Positions 40,220 through 51,261 of a DNA stretch of 64,000 nt are shown one piece after another. The stretch lies in contig OZ218951.1 in assembly GCA_965112735.1 (NCBI GenBank), positions 4,216,001 to 4,280,000 of the forward strand. Direction: 5' to 3'. The position numbers and the translations under genes were made by a program. Every line of letters starts with the position of its first letter. Positions within the stretch are counted from its first letter, which is position 1. Source of the DNA: Phaeosaccion multiseriatum. Taxonomy: Eukaryota; Protista; Ochrophyta, other classes. Under the pieces are notes generated by a model. That model was not told where the DNA came from, did not search any database, and saw only the letters and a list, made by a program, of their open reading frames with translations.

Positions 40220-42816
40220 TGAATCCCCATCTGTATGTATGCCCGTTGGTGGTACGCACATGTCTCCTTGACCCCTTCTTTGCGTCTACTCTCTTGGCCT
40301 TCTTCGACTTGGGCGCCGGCCTGCCCCCCTGCTTAGAGGCGTTCTTCCCGCCCGTAAAGCCGTAGCGGTTCTCAAAAGCCTCCAGCATCCTCCTCCCCGC
40401 TTCCTGCGGACGGCAGAGAGAGAGATAAAGAGAGAGAGGAGGAGGAAGAGGAGGAGGAGGAGGAGGAGGAGGAGGAGGAGGAGGAGGAGGAGAGAGAGCA
40501 CGAAGAAGCGGAGGCAGAGGCGCGAGGGGTGCAACAGGGAGGAGAGCGGCACCGAGGGGGGAGGAAGGAAGGACCGAGGGATCGACGGACGGACGGGCGG
40601 GCGGAGGGTAGACGGATGGCAGCGCAGTCAGTGATCAGTACGTTGCTCAGCCCGGAAGCATCGCACTCGACTCTCCAAGGAAAGAGAGGGAGAGGAGACA
40701 GGAGAGAGAGAGAGAGAGAGAGAGGAAGAGAGAGAGTGTGCGAGACAGAGAGAGAGACGGGGGGGGGGGTAGTAGTGAGCAGCAGCACACTTCCTGTCCA
40801 ACGCTTCGACAATAAAGACTGCCCCAACCCTTACCCACCCACCTGCTCTTTGGTGTGCCTGAAGGTGAGGCTGCTCCCCTCTGGGCCCGTGAGCCCCTCA
40901 AGGCCCGTTATACCCCCGCCCTTGCCTGCGAAGATGCTTTGGCGAGTCCTTCCGTGGGGCGCAGCGTGTGCGGGTTGTCGAGGAGTGTCCTTCGGAGTTG
41001 ACAGATAGACACGGGTGTCGGGACAGAGGGTTGGTGGGTGGGTGGGTGCGTAGGTTAGTGGTTGGTTGGTTGGTTGGTTGGTTGGGTGGGTGGATGGAAG
41101 CGTGGGTGGGTAGGTGGGTGGGTGGGTGCGTGGGTGGGTGGGTGGGTGAGTGAGTGGGTGGGTGAGTGAGCGGGTGGGAGAATGGGTGGGTGGGTAGATG
41201 GGTAGATGGATGGGTGGACGTCCCCCTCCCTCCCCTCTCCCCCCCTTCCTCACCCGTGCGTCATCGAGATGCATGCTATAGCTGTCCAGCTTGAGCGTCT
41301 TGCTGCTGCGAAAGTCTGTGGTGGCGTCCAAGTCACCCTTGCAACCCTTGTAACGGTCAATAACGATGTTGTCCAGGGTAGTGAGGTGGTTGTTCAGCAG
41401 ATCCACCATTTGGAAGATGCTGCGCTCTTTCTGGGCGAGCTTCTGGCTCACGTCTCCTTCACCCTGTGGGAGGAGGAGGAGGAGGAGGAGGAGGAAGAAG
41501 AAGAGGAGAAGGAGGAGGAAAAGAAGAAGAAGAGGAGGAGGCGACGAAGAGAGCGTTTGAATGGTATGATGGAGGTGCGTCCCTCTGTTGCCCATGTGTC
41601 TCAACTGGGGACACACAAGGCACATCGTTGCCCCGCCCTTCATGTACCTCTCTACCCACCCCACCCCATCCCGCCCATAACACATTCTCGCCCCCATCCA
41701 ATAGAAACGGAGAAGACGGCATCTCTCTTGGCCAATCGTACAACAGGACCACCAAAGGCATACCGTGCCTCAATCAGCCCTCCCCCTGACCCAGTTTGAG
41801 CCTAAGCCTGAGGCTGCAGCCCCCAGTCCTTCCCTTGGCCCCTATATGACACTAACTACAGCAGCTATTGAGGTCTGCGCCCGTCTGAGGCCAACTACAG
41901 CCATTGAATGCTGTGCCTGAGTCTGAGGCCGACCTTTTGCTTGGGATCGTTGTTGTATGCCATTTTGTTCTCCTCTTCGTCTGAGTCCTCCGAGTCGCTG
42001 TGGAAGTCCGAGCGGCCGCTCAGAGGAGTCAAGCACTGCAAGAGCCGCATGAGAGGTGGAGGGAAAGGAACAGAGGGGTGGAGGCAATTTGGAAGGGAGA
42101 GGGAGTACGGACAGCGACATGGACAGGGGCAGGGGCAGGGGCAGAGGGAAAGAGACGGATGGGAATGCGCGCCAGACAGGGCGGACACCGAAAGGAGGAG
42201 GGGGGCATCACCCTCAAAGCCGCTCCACCTCGATAGATGTCTGCTGGTAAGTGGAAACGAGCCTCGAAGAGCAATCGCCGCTCCGCCTCCTTCCCTTTTC
42301 TCATGGGGTCCCTCCCCACTCACTACTCTCCGCGATCGCCCCGCTTACCTCGAATTTGTTGCCCTTCAAGTCGTCTAGACTCACATCCCCTATCTGATCA
42401 ATGTCAATCCCAGCCATGATGGCCAGCTTCTCCACATGCGCCGACGTCTCACTGATGCTGTACCGGTCAGCCGGCATACCCTGCACCAGCCCCGCGATGG
42501 ATCTGCGCCCGGGTCTGTCCGCGGATAGATTTAACAGCGCCCCCATCCCCTCAGATGGGGCTGTTCCTGAATTTAGTTTGCCCCATCCGAAGGGGGACGA
42601 CTCTGTTGCTGCTGCCCCTGCGATTCCCTTAATGGAGATCTCCAGATCCTCCTCTAGTGGCCCTGCGGGGGGTTCATCCGAAACGCAGAGGCTTCTCGGG
42701 GATAGGGTGATCGCCAAGGGGTTCGGAAGAAGGCAGGACTCTCCTTCTTCGTCGTTGCTACCGCCATCGGCATGATCGTCCACAGCAGCAGCACCAGCGG
42801 CGTCCACCCCCGCCAT
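35306..42816 (-). CDS. FAM227/FWWh-domain-like protein, multi-exon (about 13 exons)
   Basis: Core exons (about 38680-38553, 38030-37907, 37705-37644) give AYMFWYTFCRFFQDKSRREQKQLMQNVS..YVEML..DYFFKYYPFCVASSVYWGFFYLLPGTRHLYTGALRRILF, matching the FW..F...Q..L...S..YV.L...D.FF..YP..A..Y..F...P pattern of FAM227. Flanking exons run from ATG 42816 to TGA 35306; some boundaries are uncertain. Confidence 0.7.
37403..37640. repeat. Two adjacent intronic minisatellites (24-bp GGGAAGGGAAAGGTATATGGACAG x3; about 30-bp CCATATACCCTTACGTGAGCCCCTCTTGA x3-4)
   Basis: Tandem units directly visible at 37403-37490 and 37535-37640. Confidence 0.8.
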
Positions 42817-43536
42817 TGCTTTCCACTCCCCGTTCAACCTTGTGTAGAGCTCAAACCATCATTTACGGAGAACCACTCTGCTACTGCTGCTTCAATCACT
42901 CCTTCTGATCAGTCTTATTGTCTTCCAACATATTTTGTAGCTCTCTTTCGCTTTTATCTTCATCCCCACCTCCCCCGGCCGATGTGAAACTAGAAACTGT
43001 AACGGCAGGATAATTGGTTGTTCGGTTGTTCGACTCACAGGGAGCGATGGATTGCGCCTTCGGATAACGTGCTTGGTGCTTTGGTATCTAAGTTAACGTA
43101 AGATGGGGGCCACGTGGGAATCGTCGGTGCTGTGGAGTCCACACGGTCGAGCAGCCGTAAGAACTTGTGGTTGGTGCGGACATGCGAGCCCCGACCTCAC
43201 GAGATCTCCGCGCAAACTCAAATTCGCAGTGCGGCGACAGAATGAGCGGCCCCCTATCGGCAAGGGAGTCAACACTATCGATGTCGAGCAGCTGTATCGG
43301 ACATCAGAGCTCTGGTCTCGAGATCTCCGCACAACAAAGTAAGGGGCTGCCCTGCGTGAGCCCATTGGTGCAAACGAAAAGCTCTCCTCCTTCTTTCCCA
43401 ATCGCTGCAAGAGCCTGTAGTGAAGTCCCGGAGGTCATCAAGTGAAGGCCCCGCAACACCCACATGCTCTATGCTAGCGAGTAACACCCTTTCCCAACCC
43501 CGTCCTCACAAGGCTTCAGACCCCTCAGACCAACCG

Positions 43537-45935
43537 TCAAGCCGAGCCAGCCTCCGGAGCGCATCGGCTGAGGATGGCCCGAAGGCTCTCCTCCGCAGAC
43601 CCCGTGCCGTGCTCGGCCTCAGGCACGCGGAAGTGATCAGGGTCGTCGTCCACTGCCTTCTGCATGGACTGGGAGGTGATTCCCGTGAGGAAGGCGCCAC
43701 AGCCGCACAGCGAAGCCTGCAGGTGGATGGAGGCAAGCAAGCAGGTGGGCAAGCGAGCATAGGAATACAAGTAGGGTGGGTTAGGGCAGAAGGAAACTCA
43801 ACGCCCTCTCTTCCTTCTCCCTCTCTCTCATCCTCTTCTTTCCCTCCCTCTCTCCCTCCCCACTCATCGATCTCGCTTCCTTCTCTCCATCTCCTCCCCT
43901 CTCCCCTTCCCCTCGCCTCTTCCTCCCTCTCTCTCTCCCCCACTCATTGCTCTCTCTTCCTTCTCTCCCTCTCCTCTCCTCCCCCCTTCTCCTCACTTCT
44001 TCCTCCCTATCTTCCTTCCCCACTCATGGTTCTCTTCTTTCTCTCCCTCTCTCCTCTCCTCTTCTCTTCGCCTCTTCCTCTCTCTTTCCCTCCCCCCGTT
44101 TCTCATCTACCTCTCCTATCGCCCTCCCCTCCCCACTCCCCCCCCTCCTTCCCTCCCCCCCCCGCCCCCCTCCCCCTTCCCCCTCACTCACTCCCCCACC
44201 CACCATCTTGACATCGTTGTCATCGTCGCACAGCGCCGCGCATGTGTCCATAGAGACTCCGAAGCGCTTGGACAGGTACAATACGCACTGGTCCTTGCCG
44301 CTCTGCTTGGGGAAGATGTCCACCAGACCGAAGTTGGTGTTGCTCGCCAGGGCGGGATCAAGTCCCTCCAGCAGCTGCTCCGTCTTCTTCAGGTCCGGGT
44401 CATCGCCTGGTTGGGGGGGAGCGGGTGGAGGGGCGAGGGAGACAGAGACAGAGACAGAACGGACGGACAGAAAAGACAGACAGAGAATGAGAGTGAGAGT
44501 GAGTGATATCTATATATACAGATAAGACAGACAGAGAATGAGAGTCAGAGTGAGTGATACACATATACATATATATCAGACACACATATATATATATATA
44601 TCAGACATACAGACACACCTACCGAGATAGAGAGAGAGAGAGAGAGAGGGAGATAGGCATACAGAGAGAAAGACAGACGGAAGAGAGATATGGCCTCGTG
44701 ACATTTGAGAGCGGGCCCTTTGTATTGCATTACCACGAACTTCCTCTCCTTTGTCCGCTTTGCCCACAGAAGGGGGGACACAAGTACGCGAGAGCTTACC
44801 TACGTTGACCCTGATCATGGTGTAGTACGAATTAGTGTCGACCTTGCACTCCCCCCCTGGGCCGCCGTCCTTCTGAATGCTCCTGCACACGTCCCACAGC
44901 GGCCCTTGCCTGTCCCCCGCCTCCTTCTCGTCCTGGTCGGGCCCGCCGGAGCCCGAGGCGAGCTCTTTCCGCCACTCCAGGTCCTCCTCCAGCTCGCCCA
45001 CGTCAGCAGCGGTGAAGATGTCTTGATGGGAGGCAGGGATGGCAGGGGATGGCACGGGGGGATGGGCGGATGGGTGGATGGATGGGTGGGCGTGGGCGTG
45101 TAAGAGCGAATCTGACTGCAGTGCTCGTTCGGGGAATACCGAGACAAGGGGCGCGGGGAGGCATAGGCAGAGGAGGGGAGAAAGGTGAGGAAGCCAACAA
45201 GTCCCTTGAACACTTGTGCAGCTGCTCCAACCCACCTTCGTCCTGTGGCGAGGGACGCGTTTTGGGGTAAAATATGCGCCCCCCGTTTTCAATCACGTAG
45301 GCATCCGCGGCAGGCAGGCAGGCCTTGCGCCCCTCAAAGGTGCTTCCGCGCATGCCGGAGATGAGCACGAAGGTGGTGCCGCGCTGCCGGATCTTCTGCA
45401 CCAAGCGCAATGTCTCTCTACTGATCCGAGCTTTCCGGCCCGTGGAGGACGCCGGGAGGTAGATCATCTCGTCAGGCTCCTCTGGTGATGATGGTCCAAG
45501 CAGCGCCTTGGCAGCTCCGACTATGTCACAACCTGCCAAGGCTGATGCAACAGCCCCTGCTTTTGACTGCTCGTCGTAATCATAGTGGACGAGCGTACCG
45601 TCCACATCGCTGTAGACGGTCGTGATCTGAGTAGATGAGGAAGTAGTCATTGTCTCTGCTCTTGACCTGGTAGACACTGCCACTTGTTGTGCTGCGCTCT
45701 CGGCCGCCTCCCCTGCCGCTGCCACTACTGCCGCGCGCCTCCTCTTACTCGCTTCACTCCTGCTGCTGTACTCCGTCTCCGCGAGAGCGGTATTGCTGCT
45801 GCTACGGCTGTCTGTCAGCGTCTTTCTTAGAGGGAGTGTGCTGCCGGAGACGTGAAGCAAATCGGCAAGGAGAACGATTACTAAGAAGATCGCCAGGCAA
45901 ACGTTACAGGGGCCCAGTGAAAAGGCAACAATCAT
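43537..45935 (-). CDS. HAD-superfamily subclass IIB (Cof/sucrose-phosphatase-like) hydrolase, 4 exons
   Basis: Exons 45935 (or 46064 or 45650)-45236, 45021-44800, 44406-44204, 43716-43537. Motif I VYSDVDGTLV, motif II LISGMR, IENGGRI, motif III SGK, motif IV CDDDND. Confidence 0.85.
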
Positions 45936-47233
45936 GAACCCTGACCTGCGCGGTTCTTGCGTGGGAAGGAAGGTGCAAAGGGTGTGCCAAGGCTGCGCAA
46001 GAGAGCCGCAGAGGTGGAACAAGTGGCGGCGTGGCGCCGCCGAATCCGAAGATCGAGACGCCATCTGTGAATAGAAGTGCGAGTTTCAGTTGGGAACGTC
46101 AAGGGGCATCGGGTGCCGTCCCCTGGCCATCCAAAAAGTCGTTACGTTTCTGGGACGCCATGGTAAGAGGCGTACTCGGAACGTCCAAAAACCCAAGGAC
46201 GTTCCGGGACGTTCGGACGTTCCCGGGACGTCCGAGCGGCGCCCGTCCGAGGCGCGTACATTAGACGGGTCGTGCTTTGGCCGAGAACGCGTGTGGACGT
46301 CCCCCGCACGGGCGCAAGTGGACGTCCCAGGGACGTGCGTGTGAGCCGGGTGGCGGAGGGGCGTGAAGCCGAGAACAGCGGGCGCGGTGTTTGGTTGGGT
46401 TTGGATAATACATTGACTTTCAAAACATCACACAGCGGTTGTGTACGTCCCTGGGACAGTACCGGGCCGACTTCCAGCCGGCGTGCTATCTGCTAGAATA
46501 CGAGCCGGCTTCAGCCGACGTGCTACCTGCTACCAGCCGGCGGCCAGTGGCGTGTTACTGGGCCCTGCGGGCCCGGTAGTTATGCTACTGGAAATGCGTC
46601 GGACCCACGTCAGGGGTTTGACAAGCCGCCTCTTGTCTCCCTTCCTTCATTTCGACATACGTCTCCGCGCCACTTTCTCTGCTTCATTCCGTGGGTGTTC
46701 ACTCGTCTCCTCTCTGTTGTCGCCTCTCCCTCCTCATACCACGCCAAGCTATGCTCTGCTGAGGCGGGGTTCGTTGTGCAGCCGGATGGGGGGGGGGGGG
46801 TGTTAGTGTATACTCATTCGTCTATGGTTGGGTCGTCATAGCCGTTGGGTCAGCTTCGCCGCGTCAGTCACTTCTTACCCCGCCAAATGTCCCAAATCCA
46901 CACACCTTCCATACACGTCGCTCTACTGTCCCTCCTCCGAACCCCTCTCTCTACCCTTTTCTCCATCCAGCCCGGAGGCGCCCTCTTTCGTCTTGGAGCC
47001 CTGCCTCGTCCGTCCACCCTCCTTTTGTTGCCTCCATGTTCGACTGTCGCCCCCCGTCCCGCCCAGCTACTCCGTCGAACCTCCTCACCTCTTGCTCATG
47101 GACGGGCGGAGTCTATGTCGGCCGCCAGCGTCTGTGGCCTCGGTGTGGGTCGGGGTTCAAGGAGAGACGGGGGAGGATCTCCATGGCAGCTGCGTCGATA
47201 GCCGGCGCAGAAGGGCCCATGATGAGGATGTAG

Positions 47234-47340
47234 TTGGAGCCGATCTCCATGGAGTATGTGGAGACGGCCCACCAGGCGGCAGACATCTTGACCAACAACC
47301 TGGGCACTGCTGCCCTCCCACCTACCTGTCTGCGGTGCCT
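47234..47340 (+). pseudogene. Fragment resembling the C-terminus of Ty1/copia RNase H, nested in the TIR element
   Basis: ISMEYVETAHQAADILTNNLG resembles the copia I.LEYV.T..Q.ADILTK.L motif. An in-frame TAG lies just upstream and there is no RT. Confidence 0.5.
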
Positions 47341-48865
47341 GGATCGGTCCTCTCCAAAGCCAAGGAGGGAGATCAGCTCCTCTGTCTCTCGGAGCTGGAG
47401 CAGAACCGCACCAACGTCGGAGTGCTGCAGTACATCAGCGGAGTGTGCCGACCGGGGGTATGCTCCAGCTCCGAGAGAGAGAGGAGCTGATCTGAGTGAG
47501 GGTGCGTGGGGAGGAGGGGTTATTCGTGGGCACCTTCTGTTAAAATACTTCAGCCGGGAGACCTCGCTTCTCCGCGCACTCTCCTACTCCTTTTCTCTCC
47601 TCTCTCCACTCTATGCTGCTCGTCCTCGCCCGCCTGCCCCTCTCGCTCCGCTCTCACTCCCCAACCATCCCTCCGTACCGCCATCATCCACCATGCCTAT
47701 CCCATACTTCTCCCCAAACAACCCTCCCGCCCGTGCACTCTCTTTCATCGCAGGTCCTCTCCCTTTCGCACTCCCTGCCCCCTCTCATCCCCAAAAACTC
47801 CCCTCTTCTTGTTCCTACTTTTGGGTCTCCCCCTCCCTACCCTCCCCTCCCTCTTCGTCAAGTCCGGCTACTCCGTCCAGCCTCCTCACCTCGTGCTCTG
47901 AGACGGGCAAGGCCGATGACGGCCGTCAGTGGCTGGTCTGCGGCTTCAGCGTGGGAAGGGAGTGCAGCACAGGCGGGGGAGGGAGGGTGTGGGGGTGGGC
48001 GAGGAGGAGGTCAGTTTTGGACACTCGCCTCCTACATAAAAATACTACGGCAGGCAGACATCGCGTCTCCACACACCCTGTCCCGCCCTCTCCCAACTGT
48101 CAATGCTACTGTCGTCTTCGCCCCCCATCCCTTCCTCTCCCCACCCTCACCCTCCGACCGTCCCTTCCTCTCTCCGTCACCCACCACACCTGGCACCTGC
48201 TTCCTCCAACCCGCCCATCCGCCGTCTGTTCCCTCTTTCGTCCCAAGTCCTCCATCGTTCGCGCTTCCTGCCTCCTCCCGCACTCAGACCATCCACTCTT
48301 CCCTCATCACCTTCCTCTCCACGACACTCTCGCCTCTCCCCCATCACCCTTCCTCCTCTTGTCCCTCTGCTTACCCCCCCCCCCCCCCCTCCCCTTCGTA
48401 CCGATCCGCCCCGGAGGAGGGTGTCATGTCGCCGCGCCCCCGCTCCCTAACCCATCGCCTCTCCTCCGTCCACCGGCTTTCTCATGCGCGTGTCCATCGT
48501 GCCGCCCCTCCCCCGTAGTATCGGCTGCTGCCTACTCGGCTCCCCGCATCAAACTTGCTTCTTCCCGTCACCCACCACCATCACCCGGCCCTCCCTCTTC
48601 GCCCTCTCTCCTGCCTCTCTATCGGTAGTGCGTACATCTTGTGGCCCCTGCACTGGACTCGCTTTTCGCCGTTGACGATTATTGGCTTGAAAAAAAAGGA
48701 GTAACGGTATTCTAAGAGTAATACCACCCCCCCCCCTTCATACTTTTCCTGCTTGCTTTCATCACCATGAGCGACGGTGACGGTGAGTCTGAGGGGTGAT
48801 TCCATAATGTCCCGCCCCTACTGTCGCCTCCATGAACGCCACCTCCGTACCTAGCCACCTGCCTC

Positions 48866-50732
48866 TTGCCCGACGCTACGGGACCTCCACCCCTGTTGGC
48901 TGTTGAAATGAACCTGATCACAGTGCTGTTGCCGTTGCTGCTGCTTGCTGTTGGTGTTGCCAGGCGAGGGGGTCCAGGCTACAGTCCACCCTCTGGCGAT
49001 GAGGGGGCCGACGGCAACGGAGGAGACTGCATCTCCACACCCCTCCGACAGGGCGTTTTTGATCCAAGAACTGCAGCTGCGCTTGAGGCAGTGATTGACG
49101 CAGCCAGAGCCAGACTGGATGATATTGATGAGAGGGCCCGCTTTTCCGCCGCCATGAGACAACAAGTTTCGGCGCTGGATGGGAATCAACTCAGGGGAAC
49201 CGCCCTCTGTGGCGCAAGGGCAGCGTTACGTACACTCCCCCGCGCATACACGGAGGAATCGACTTCGCCCGAAAGGCAACCAGACCGGCAGGACGTGGGA
49301 TCAGAATATCTTTAGCGAGGATGGAGAAATGGGCCAATCTTCATGGTGAGGGAGGGCATGAGAGATAAGGAGGGATGATCAGACTGCGCCCGCCCAACCG
49401 CGCCTGTGCCCACTTCCCATACATCACACTAACCGGTACCACTCCATGCCCCCCCCCCCCCCCCCCCCCTTTCCTCGCGCCTCCGCCACAGTTTTACCAA
49501 GGGCTACATCAGAATCGGTATCGAGTCGGCCAGCAATACAGCAACTCGGATGGGCGTCCAATCGCGATGTTTAGATGTACTCCCGTGTCAACCCGGTTCA
49601 ATGGAGGTGAGTAGGCCAGGCGTGCAGGGCAGGGGCACATATGACAGGGAGCGAGAAAGCATGTTTAGACCGAAGCAGGAGACGAAGATGTGGAACATGA
49701 CGTACTCACCCAACTCCGACTCCCCGCGCCCCCCCATTCCCGCCGCCTCCCGCCCCCGCACATGGCAGACGACCATAACACATGTGATACATTTGACGAT
49801 TAAGGAGCCACGGAGATGCCCGAGACTCCTGTATAGGCACTCCAGGCCCTGTGTGACGATTTCATAGCCACGGATCAACCCGACATTGATCCAAGTGCAC
49901 TCCAGGGGGGGCCAGCACCCACCAACTCCGGGGGCAGACCCCACGAACTGTCGCCCCACCCCCTCGCGAGACCTTCTCCTTCGACTAAGGACGAAGAAGG
50001 AAGAGGAGGACAGTCGTCCACCGACGAGGGGAGCGAAGACTTGGGAGTTCCGTGTCTGAGAAGGAGAGCGACAGGGGGCGCCCAGCCATCCAGCGGGACG
50101 AAGGGGGGGGTGGCAACGCAGGCCTCCGTCTTCCACCCTCCGGGCCGAGGCCAGAAGGGAAATGACCCCGAAGCAAGGCGAGACGACAGCGAAGGAACGA
50201 GGGAGGGGAAAGGAGCTGCAGCAGCAGGCGGCGGGGGGGGGAGGCGGAGGAGTCGGATACGGAGGACGAAGAGGTCTCCGTGAAGTTTCGAACATCGGCC
50301 GAGGATACCAACACAAAAGCTCCGCCGGCCGAGAAGCAGCGCAGGGGGGGTAGGCAGAAAGGCAGTGAGGAGCGGGGAGGAGCCGTGGGAGAAGCGCATG
50401 AGCCACGTGAGAGGCGGGCTCGTCTCAGAGGAGATGATGGACCAAACTCGGATACACCTCTCTCTTCTCTAACCTCCGGCCCCAACGCGAGAAGACAGAA
50501 GAGGACAGGCGAGCAGCAGCAGGAGGAGGGGGCGGAGCACAAGCGGGCGAATACGGCCGGAATGGGGGCAGGGAAGGAGAAGTTGGTGAAGGCCAAAAAA
50601 GTTGGGAGCAACAAGCGCAGGCTTTCCAAGGTCAAGCCGGCCCCCGAACCCACGGGCAGGAGGAGGCAGCGGCGAGCGCCCCAGCGGTTCCGTAACGGAG
50701 CCCCTCTTCTCCCAGAAGACGAGAGCCGCTAA
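48866..50732 (+). pseudogene. Degenerate spliced cargo gene of the TIR element (helical N-terminus, disordered acidic/basic middle); homologous to the Sae2-domain gene in copy 2
   Basis: Putative exons about 48866-49343, 49491-49606 and 49769-50732, with in-frame stops TAA 49801 and TAG 49834. 49960-50732 aligns with the reverse complement of 62880-64000 (MTPKQGETTAKERGRGKELQQQA vs MTPKQSETPVKERGSGKELQQQA). Confidence 0.65.
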
Positions 50733-51261
50733 GCACGCCACTCACATCGGAACGGCAGTCGTAGACAGAGCACACTCTAACTTCGCCTTCCGCCTCGTAA
50801 GCAGTCTACTGCAATGCATACTAATATCAATTGTTCTAGTCTACACAATGGTCGTGGCACAGTCCACGCCGAGGTTGCGCCCCCACCTGAGGTATACAAG
50901 CACGTGCCTTCACCGACACGCACACACACACACACACGTACACGGCACGGACAAGGCCCAATGCACGTCCCCAGCACGCACGGCCAGTGGACGTCCGGGG
51001 TGCGTGCAGGACATGGTGGACGTACCGGGTACGTCCACCCTGTCCAAGGACGTACAGAGGACGTCTGGTTTTTCGGACGTCCCCCTCACGCCCCTGCTCT
51101 CACGGACGTCCACTGGACGTCCCAGATGGCACGTCCCAGAAACGTAACGACTTTTTGGATGGCCAGCGGACGGCACCCGATGCCCCTTGACGAATGAAAC
51201 TGGCATTTTATCGATTATCAGAGTGTGTTTGCAAAAAAGAAAAGCAAAACAAGCAAACAAG

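Larger units (their letters stand above)
46097..51192. mobile_element. 5.1-kb TIR DNA transposon, apparently non-autonomous; 61-bp TIRs, subterminal GGACGTCC arrays, possible 2-bp AA TSD
   Basis: 46097-46157 (CGTCAAGGGGCATCGGGTGCCGTCC...TTTCTGGGACG) is the reverse complement of 51132-51192 with 1 mismatch. AA flanks both ends (46095-96, 51193-94). The same terminus recurs at 62429. No transposase recognised. Confidence 0.9.

Noticed and set aside
46789-47340. Intact Ty1/copia retrotransposon
   Set aside because: No paired LTR, PBS, integrase or RT, and the PPT-like site lies upstream of the RNase H-like scrap, which is the wrong order.
47234-48628. 464-aa ORF as the element's transposase
   Set aside because: Pro/Ser/Leu-rich product of CT-rich DNA with no DDE or zinc-finger motifs; only its first ~35 codons resemble anything.
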